A DNA stretch of 63,238 bases, counting the filler, from Collodictyon triciliatum (Eukaryota), in NCBI GenBank assembly GCA_043381765.1. It is 6 parts of 6 records of this genome, joined end to end, with 100 filler letters (N's around TTAATTAATTAA, not from the genome) between each part and the next. Parts side by side here need not be neighbours in the genome. Positions count along the whole stretch, not along the records: positions 50,277 to 60,998 come from JBHJMP010000255.1; positions 61,099 to 63,238 come from JBHJMP010000387.1; 4 more parts are not named here. One strand, written 5' to 3'. Within the stretch, counting starts at the first letter, position 1, and the number at the start of each line of letters is the position of its first letter. Below are positions 55,577-63,238 of this stretch, piece after piece. The notes beneath the pieces are model-generated. The model was not told the origin of the DNA. It ran no database searches and was given only the letters and a program-made list of their open reading frames with translations. The translations under genes and the position numbers were made by a program.

Positions 55577-58500
55577 AATTTTCTTAACACGATTATATCC
55601 GTTGTCCATAGGAACAAAATACACCAGCGACAGGTCCAGAAACACTGTCTGCTACAAATACGTCGATGATAATATCACCCGCTACTTTGGTCCCAACTAT
55701 GGTTTCAACGCCTGCAGCTATGAAACCAAAAGCTCTCCTTTGCCCATCGCTTTATATGCCCTTGTCTATAACCACGAACCCAGTAATACTTCAAAGCAAG
55801 CCTGTATACCTCAGTAATCCTCCAAAAGCAATACAAAGAGTTCCGATACTTGGAAACAAGGTATAAAATGAAAAAAAAATTGGTTCAATTAATCGATGGA
55901 AACATTAAATAACCATCCCATTTATATAATTTCATTTCATCCTGCTTTTTCATCTCAAACAGCGCATCGCCAACGATTCAAATGTTCCTGGAACCCCAAG
56001 TGGATTGAAACAAGATGCAAACGGGTATTCGTCGGCCAGTTCCTGTGATGATAGGTGATAAAGTCAAACAAAAATTTTAGGTCTACTTATATAGTCAAAA
56101 TTTTGATAGTATATATTTATGTAATAGCGACTCTAGCAGCGAAAACTCGGATGATTCTCAATCAGAAAAAAAAATGCAAAAATCAGCCAATGGGTACAAG
56201 TTTAAAGGTGACACTAGTTTGGACTTGCTTCGTGGGAAACTGTTCTCAATCATAACAGAACTTGATATGAAAAGAGCTCGAGATAGTCATATTGTGTTAT
56301 CTTATTTGGAATCATCCCTACATTTGACCTCCTATGAGAACCTTGCCAAACCAAAAGTTGACCAGACAGGTTGCACGGCAGACAATACTGTGTTGTCTTT
56401 GCTTTGTCAACAAGCCTTCTCCATGTTTGATAGCTCTCTCGATAATTACTCGTCCAGATCGATGCTTGATATCGTTTGGATTAAATCTATATTCCAGGCG
56501 AGAAAACAAATCGTCGATGACGAAGGGTGGTGCTACTATGGACTGCATACTCATCTTGATAATGGTGAGAGCATATATGTTTTTAACATAACTACCAAGA
56601 ATGAGACTGTTCTAAAATCTCTAAATTCATTTTCTCCAAACAAGAGGGGGGAAATGGAGCTGAATTATATTATTTATTACTGTTAGTGGAACCCAGTACG
56701 GAAATAATAGAACAACTGATAGACCCTCTGAAAAGCCACATCACACCAGACTTTGCCTCGATTATGCTAAATGACCTTTCAAGTAATTTAAAACCCTCTA
56801 ATTTTGCTCGCGATCAAGAAATATTTAGATCGGGTATGCAACTTGATTCTTTTCACAAAAAAAAAAAATGGTGTGTCGTTTTTCGTGATCGTAATTTAAT
56901 ATTTTTTTTTATTCTATAGTGTTTTGAAAAGTTTAAGTCGGCCCTTTATTTCGATAGTTACTGATCATATGTACCATTTTAACTATATAGGAGTTCTCTT
57001 TCAGTATCCAAGTGCATGGAAGACTTTTAGATTGGACCCTAACCCTTTGCTTTTTAGCTACGAACAGGGTACCAAGAGTGTCTCTGCGTTGCCTCGTTGC
57101 CTTCAGTTCTTGTCAAAGTCTGGTCTAGAACCATGTAAATTAGAGGGACATGGAATTCATTCACAGCTTCTTTTTTTTTTATTATTATTATTATAAGAAT
57201 AAAAATAATCAAGAAAATAAAGCTGATCTAAATAATTGCACATCATTGTCCATTCCCATAATTGCCTCATGCCATCTTTTGTTAAAATTTGAAATTATTT
57301 TATAGTTGCGGGCCCAAAAGCGATAGAATATTTTGTTCTCTATGCAAACAAAAATGGATTATTAAGTACCCTTGTAAATTTTTTCCGGGAAGTGGAATGC
57401 ATTTTCGATGTAGGAATATAAATAATTTGGTACAAGAGTAACTTGCATGCATCACAATGATGATATCTTGACTTAATAACGCACTTATAGAACTCCGGCC
57501 TTGGAAGTCATTATCCAAACCAACGATGCTTTCGGGCTTGCAATTGTGATTGTTTTCATAAATAAAAGAAATTAAAAAATCAATTTATTAAACCTCGAAA
57601 ACTTATAGTTTTGAAAGGAGATATGTCACATCTAAACCAGTATTCAGATAAAATCGAGGAAATCATGGAAACAGGTTTTTATTTTTTGCTTTTCTTTTCT
57701 TTTCTTTTTTGTTTTTTATAAATTAAATATATCATTTTCGAAAAGTCTAAGCTTTTGACCGAAGTGATTCTTTACACACCTCTAATATCTATTAACGAGG
57801 GAAATATGATATCTTTAGTTCAAGAAATAGCAGAACTCTCTATCCAAAAGTCAATAGTCATTTACATTATCCACCACGCAAACCAAACGCAGCTTCCTGA
57901 TTTAATGAAGTTGTGTACGCCTCTTTTGAGCAACTCGCTTTCATCAGGAGTTGTTGTTCAAGCAAGCTATTCATACAATTAAAAAAAAGCCTATGAATTG
58001 ATCGCTATTATGTTGTTGTTGTTTTTTTACCTCTATTTTTATTTTACAAACAATCATACCACGAACTAAATCCCTATACGTCTTTATAGTTTATACCAGA
58101 GTCTAAGATCAACTCTTTCCCAATTACATCGACAATTCTCTTGGATCTCGCATTTTGTATTTACAACAAAATCCGAGTAACCACCAGTCTGGTTCCTGAT
58201 ATATCTAATCCCCGCGTTGAGATTGTGAGTTTCTCATATTTATGTGTTGTTGTTTTTTTTTTTGGTTCTTTGTTTCTTTGTTTCTTTGTTTCTTTGTTTC
58301 TTTGTTTCTTTGTTTCTTTGTTTCTTTGTTTCTTTGTTNNNNNNNNNNNNNNNNNNNNNNNNNNNNNNNNNNNNNNNNNNNNNNNNNNNNNNNNNNNNNN
58401 NNNNNNNNNNNNNNNNNNNNNNNNNNNNNNNNNNNNNNTGTTTTTGTTATTTGTTTTTGTTTTTGTTTTTGTTTTTGTTTTTGTTTTTGTTTTTGTTTTT

Positions 58501-60207
58501 GTTTTTGTTTTTGTTTTTGTTTTTGTTTTTGTTTTTTATTCGCCTTGTTTCTTGTCCCTTGTTACGGCTGTTTTATAGTGAAAATTCCTTCAATGAATTC
58601 AAATTAGTGGAGAAATGCTGGTAGATGTAATTCCATTAATATGGGCTGAAAGTGTACAAAAGCTTCTCTTACTCCCTTCTCCCTGGAATATATGCCTCGC
58701 AAAAATGGGTCCTCTAACTCATGAGGAAATCCGAGGTATTATTCAGACATATATTTATGTTTTTGAACAATATTTTACATAATTATTTTGTCGCTGGTTA
58801 CTACAGAGTATCTAAGTTATAATAACAGCTTGGCTAGATTGCTTCTCTTCTCTTTTATGCGATGAATCGAATAACGGTCTTATCAAGGATTACTACATAA
58901 CATCTATCCAATTCCACAAATCTGGAAAAGGTGCATCATTTTTTATGGAAAAAGCTGAATGTGAGGCACATCAATCAAATAATAATGGAATGAGTTTAAA
59001 ATATCATGGTTATGCCTATTTGCTTTATGCCGCTGAAAGATTATTGCAGCCTAAATATGTATTATTTGCATTTGAACCTTGATTGAAAATATGTTATATA
59101 TTTATTTATTGAAGATAACCGATCCTGTAATACGCCTGAGCTACTTGCCCAACAACTATCTTCATCATATGTTATCGTCTTTGATGGACCAAAAATATCT
59201 ACCAAACCAAATGTAAATTTAATCCTCGGATTCCTTATAAAAAACTGAATGGCGAGCTCATCAAACTTTGACGTTTCTATTTATTTATTTTTGTTAATTT
59301 ATTTATTTGCAGGCGATTCCACTCATTTCATCTCTCATTACAACATTCTTATCCGAACCAAGGTGACAGCTCCATCTTGCCTTACTGATAACGATAACTT
59401 GCCAGTAAATTAAAACGATTATCACAAAGTCACAAGTAAAGACATTTTGTTTTACTAGGTCGTCTGAGTCTGAATCAGACCCCGGAAATCATAAATCGTG
59501 CTTGCACGCTATTTCATTACTTGTACGTGTTTCTTGTCTCCATACCTCGTCCTTACATATCATTTTACATATATATGCAAACAATATCGGATTGAGAAAA
59601 AAATCGATGATTTTGGTATCATGGAATTAGGTATCTCTGCACGCGCTACCTCAAAATTCAAATGTGAGTCATAATTAATCCACGTCGTTCATGTGTATGT
59701 ATAATTGTTTATGTGCTGGATACCGCTATGTAAGGTGCAATATTTTGAACCGAATGAAAAGAAAATATGTTCAGATTCACATTCTTTATACTTCTGTTCT
59801 TCATTATCAGCTACAAGATATTCTGAGCCAGATAATTACACAATATCATGCGCTTTCGTGGTTGAATGTTTCTCCTCGCTGGCCAAATCGATGCTCTGCA
59901 CTACCTTTTGTAAGATTTATGTTATAAATTTTGGTGAGAAATATTTGGAGGGGGTTATTTTCTTTTGTTTGTTTTTTCTGATATTATAAATGCATTTCCA
60001 TCGGCCCATGACCGTAAACTGAATTCTTACAGAAAGCTTTCTAATCTCTCTAAATGATTTTGGATATGTTAACTCATGCTAATATAATAATATCAAAAAT
60101 TATCAAAGCACGCAACAATCGCTCTCCGGATGATTGGGTGGCTTTCTATTGAATCAATGTCGCAGCCGAATCAATTAAACCAGCAAGCTTCGGCTGGCAA
60201 CATGTAG
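52078..60207 (+). CDS. MED13: Mediator kinase-module subunit MED13 (multi-exon)
   Basis: N-terminus ERLSKIRWTKY...AYQRLLQNGLLSVWR...YLWIFW matches the Med13_N pattern (LxxIKWxxY...VWR...ELWIFW). C-terminus ILSQIITQYHALSWLNVSPRWPNRCSALPFH matches VLEQYNALSWL...DRRSCLPIH. Internal low-complexity region and a Cys-containing segment near 57310-57350. The start and many internal exons are uncertain. Confidence 0.85.
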
Positions 60208-60249
60208 AATTGTGTCCATGTCTCATACTCTACTTTCTCTATTATTCCC

Positions 60250-60751
60250 CTATCTCTTTCCCTTCATCCAACCAGTTATGTCTCCAAATGCAAATGGACA
60301 CATAAAATCGTTTGGTGATTCCTCGGTTGGACTCTGCAATTTCCATCTCCCTTCTCTTCTTCCTTCTGCCATGGTTATGGGAGACCGTTCGTCGGTACAA
60401 GGAGAAAGATATCGTCCTACCGCCCTAAGCCTATAAATAAATATGAAGGTCGCGGTCTGGCTTAAAAATCCCAAAAAAGCACCTTTTTTTTTTATCCTAT
60501 CAGTCTCCATAGTGAGCTTACTCAGTCGTGCGGAATGGCCTGCCCTCTGTGGGGCTGTTGCGTTCTAAAAATCTGTTTTAATTTCGTCGGTGTTGTTCTT
60601 TTTCCCTGCGTTGTTTGTGGGCTCTTTGCTGTCTGCATCTGGATCGAGCAAAGTAAAATCCACAATTGTGTTGACAGGCAACTTCAGAACATATGTTCTT
60701 TCGTTGGATGTCAATAGACAGCCAAAAACGCAAGTGTCGCCTGCCTGACAT
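60250..60751 (-). CDS. Possible small spliced ORF of unknown function, convergent with MED13
   Basis: Three blocks can be joined in phase by GT-AG introns (MSGRRHL|QRNSPTEGRPFRTT|ELRAVGRYLSPCTDERSP...WMKGKR*). No homology recognised; it may be non-coding. Confidence 0.2.
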
Positions 60752-60865
60752 AACGCCCGCGGTCACCCGGTTGCGGTCAAGCAGCCGCGTATTCTGCCCC
60801 GGTGCGACGAAGCCCGGCCGTCAGCGTTTCTTCTAGTCCTTTTTGTTTCTGATCTTTTGCTCTGT

Positions 60866-60998
60866 TTCTCTTATTCTTTTCTCTTATTCTTTTCTCTTAT
60901 TCTTTTCTCTTATTCTTTTCTCTTATTCTTTTCTCTTATTCTTTTCTCTTATTCTTTTCTCTTATTCTTTTCTCTTATTCTTTTCTCTTTTTCTCTTT
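60866..60998. repeat. (TTCTCTTATTCTT)n 13-mer pyrimidine-rich repeat at the contig end
   Basis: Directly visible. Confidence 0.9.
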
Positions 60999-61042
60999 NN
61001 NNNNNNNNNNNNNNNNNNNNNNNNNNNNNNNNNNNNNNNNNN

Positions 61043-61054
61043 TTAATTAATTAA
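61043..61054. other. Artificial contig linker TTAATTAATTAA
   Basis: Same linker in N padding. Confidence 0.97.
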
Positions 61055-61098
61055 NNNNNNNNNNNNNNNNNNNNNNNNNNNNNNNNNNNNNNNNNNNN

Positions 61099-61221
61099 GC
61101 TGACAAGAACAAGATTAGAGAAGCATACCAGAAGGCTATTGCTAAGAACCACCCGGATAGAGGAGGCAGCAGCTACATTGCATCCAAAATCAACGAAGCA
61201 AAAACTTTGTTGTCAAAATAA
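61099..61221 (+). CDS. PAM18: C-terminus of mitochondrial import J-protein Pam18/Tim14 (DNAJC19-like), partial
   Basis: [40 protein letters not shown] contains the diagnostic NHPDxGGSxYxAxKINEAK motif. Confidence 0.92.
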   Translation, partial: ADKNKIREAYQKAIAKNHPDRGGSSYIASKINEAKTLLSK

Positions 61222-61635
61222 ACATTAGTCCATATTCCAAATAGAAAAAAAAAATAAGATGAAAAGAAAGAGAAAAAAAACCCGAGGCAAAAAAAAAAAA
61301 TTTCAATCAGGAGGGATGATGGGGTAAAGATGGAAATGCGAACTTTATCATATTTATTTTTTACACAAGGTTTATTTGATGATTGAAACGAATCTCGATC
61401 GAATTCTTTTTCTTTTCTTTATCTCAGCATTACCTAGACACTAGGTGCTGCCTTTACTTGCATATGATTTCCTCTTCTTTCATGGGAGAGAAACCCAGCT
61501 AGTATCTAGTGAGATTGGAATCTGAATTTATTATTTTTTTTTTGTCTTTATGTGCGTGTGTATGTGTGTGGTTTAGTTGGTTTTGTTTTGTTTTGTTATT
61601 GCTTCGTTTGTTGGGGGTTTGCAAAGACGGGCCAT

Positions 61636-63174
61636 CTACGCCAGCTTCTCCCTCTTGCGCAGAGACATGAGGGTGCGGAGGGCATCGAGGGAGTGGGGCT
61701 GGAGGACTGCAACGGCGACGAGGGCGAGGAGGGCGGCGAGGAGACACGCGGCGAAGTGGCACAGATAGTGGATGTCGGAGGGGTTGGGGGCGGCAAGGAA
61801 GAAGGCGAGGGAGAGGCGCAGGGCGAGGTGGAGGGCGGCGGCAGAGAGGAGGAGGGCGGGGCGGGGGAGCCAGTCGGACCAGGCGGGGAGGAGCTGGGCG
61901 GAGGTGTGGTCGTGGGTGGCGAGATGGCGGAGGAAGCGGGCGTAGGTGCGGACGTGGTGGGCGGCGCGGAGGGCGAGGGTGAGGGCGTTTGCAAGGGCGA
62001 GGGCGTGGAGGCCGGGCCAGGGCTGCGGGAGGGCGAGGGCGGCGAGGGCGAGGGCGATGTGGAGGGCGGCTGCGCGGCGGAGGAGGGAGTTGAGGGCGGG
62101 GACGGAGGCGACGGGATACGCGGCGGACGCGGCGAGGGCGCGCACAAGGGCCTCTGCGCACCCGTTGACGGCCATGCAGGCGACAGGGATGCAGTAGAGC
62201 TGCAGCAGGCCGACGGCGGGGCCGGCCGCAGGGCCGAAGAGCACGCGCCAGGCCAGCGGGGCGGCGGCAGGGCCGAGGGCGGCGACGGCAAGGGCAAGCA
62301 GGCCCACAAGATGCAGGGCCGTGTGCGCCAGGCGGGCGAGGGCGACGCCGCTGCGGCTGCAGGCCAGGTGCGCCAGGACGGGGTCGAGCGCCTCCTCCAG
62401 CGGCTGCAGCACCAGGCGCACGCCCAGCGACGCGGCGGCCTGGACGGCGCCGTATGTGGCGAGCGACGCGGCGGGGGCGCCCCAGGCGAGGGCGGCGCGC
62501 TCGGCCTCGGCCAGCAGCAGCTTCTGCAGCGAGTGGACGCACGGGGGCAGCAGCGCGTGCAGCGTGTGGCGCGACACGGGCGGCAGGGACAGCGGCCGTG
62601 GGGCGTGCGCCGTGAAGCCCAGCCGCGTCGCCGCGTGGACCAGCGGGCCGGCCGCCACCAGCGCGGGCCACAGCGGCTGCGGCGCAAGCACCAGCGCCAG
62701 GCACAGCAGCCACGCGCGCACCGTCGCCGCCACCGCCTCCGCCCGGGCCGTGCGCGCAGCCACCGCAGGCAGGTGCTCCGCCGCAGTGTGCAGCCGCTCG
62801 TGCAGCGCACACGCCTCCGCCACCCCCCGCAGCCCCAGCCCCAGCGCCGCAAGACCCGCCACGGGCGCAGCCCCCGACGCCGCAGCCCCCGCCCCCGCCG
62901 CACACACCAGCGCCGCAGCCGCCCCAAAGACCGCCGTCGCCCCCGGCACCCCCGCCCCCAGCCGCAGCGGCTCCCGCAGCGCGTGCAGCGCCACAGCCTC
63001 CCACAGCGGCAGCGTCACCGTGTGCAGCGCCCCCGCGCTTGTGGTCGCTGTCCCGGTCACTCGCACCACGTGCCAGTTGGCCCAGAACGTCGCCCCGCGC
63101 TGCGCAAGCGCCCACAGCAGCCCCGTCCCCACCGCCCCGACCGCCTGCGCGCCGTTGTCTCCCCGCTCGCTCAT
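61636..63174 (-). CDS. RFT1: Divergent RFT1 (Man5GlcNAc2-PP-dolichol translocation protein), intronless, 512 aa
   Basis: Multi-TM protein. ALAQRGATFWANWHVVR (compare QxxxRxxTFxxNxxxxR), LREPLRL (SREAxRxA), HSLQKLLLAEAER (QSxxKxLLTEGxK), SLGVRLVLQPLEE (SLxARLLFQPIEE), LLQLYCIPVACMAVNGCAEALV (LxxYCxYxxxLAxNGITEAF), ANALTLALRA. Confidence 0.85.
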   Translation of the reverse strand: MSERGDNGAQAVGAVGTGLLWALAQRGATFWANWHVVRVTGTATTSAGALHTVTLPLWEAVALHALREPLRLGAGVPGATAVFGAAAALVCAAGAGAAASGAAPVAGLAALGLGLRGVAEACALHERLHTAAEHLPAVAARTARAEAVAATVRAWLLCLALVLAPQPLWPALVAAGPLVHAATRLGFTAHAPRPLSLPPVSRHTLHALLPPCVHSLQKLLLAEAERAALAWGAPAASLATYGAVQAAASLGVRLVLQPLEEALDPVLAHLACSRSGVALARLAHTALHLVGLLALAVAALGPAAAPLAWRVLFGPAAGPAVGLLQLYCIPVACMAVNGCAEALVRALAASAAYPVASVPALNSLLRRAAALHIALALAALALPQPWPGLHALALANALTLALRAAHHVRTYARFLRHLATHDHTSAQLLPAWSDWLPRPALLLSAAALHLALRLSLAFFLAAPNPSDIHYLCHFAACLLAALLALVAVAVLQPHSLDALRTLMSLRKREKLA

Positions 63175-63238
63175 CTCTGCCCCTGCGGATCGCCCGAGCT
63201 CTTGCCCGCTGTGCTTTGCTCTGCATGTGTATGTGTAT

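Noticed and set aside
61499-63226. Long overlapping ORFs (575 aa and 443 aa) in other frames of RFT1
   Set aside because: Such shadow ORFs are expected in very high-GC DNA that lacks stop codons. The translations are low-complexity Arg/Pro/Gly with no recognisable motifs.

Overview
This is eukaryotic nuclear DNA: AT-rich, extremely intron-rich and full of microsatellites, most likely from a unicellular protist (the lineage cannot be determined from the sequence). It uses the standard genetic code and GT-AG introns. The window is a concatenation of six contigs joined by artificial N-TTAATTAATTAA-N linkers, so adjacency across linkers is not biological. Genes reconstructed by manual splicing, in order: an unknown coiled-coil protein (3' part); ovothiol synthase OvoA; a 5'-truncated LINE fragment; a ~57-exon myosin-VI-like motor with an insert-2-like segment, an SAH region and a long coiled-coil tail; a guanylate-binding protein (GBP) ending in CaaX; GDP-mannose pyrophosphorylase (partial); an ABCC/MRP transporter (partial); an orphan secreted 6-Cys protein; SF3B5; P5C dehydrogenase; a long-chain alcohol oxidase N-terminus; a membrane-anchored DUF2961/GH172 protein (partial); an ALIX/BRO1 C-terminal part; an unknown partial gene; MED13; a PAM18 C-terminus; and an intronless, very GC-rich RFT1. 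I found no tRNA, rRNA or CRISPR, and no clear novel multi-gene system. The best leads are the myosin-VI-like architecture, the prenylated GBP, the eukaryotic GH172, OvoA, the G-to-C skew flip inside RFT1, and GC-rich terminal exons bounded by microsatellites. All family calls come from recalled motif similarity, not database searches, and exon boundaries are manual predictions.
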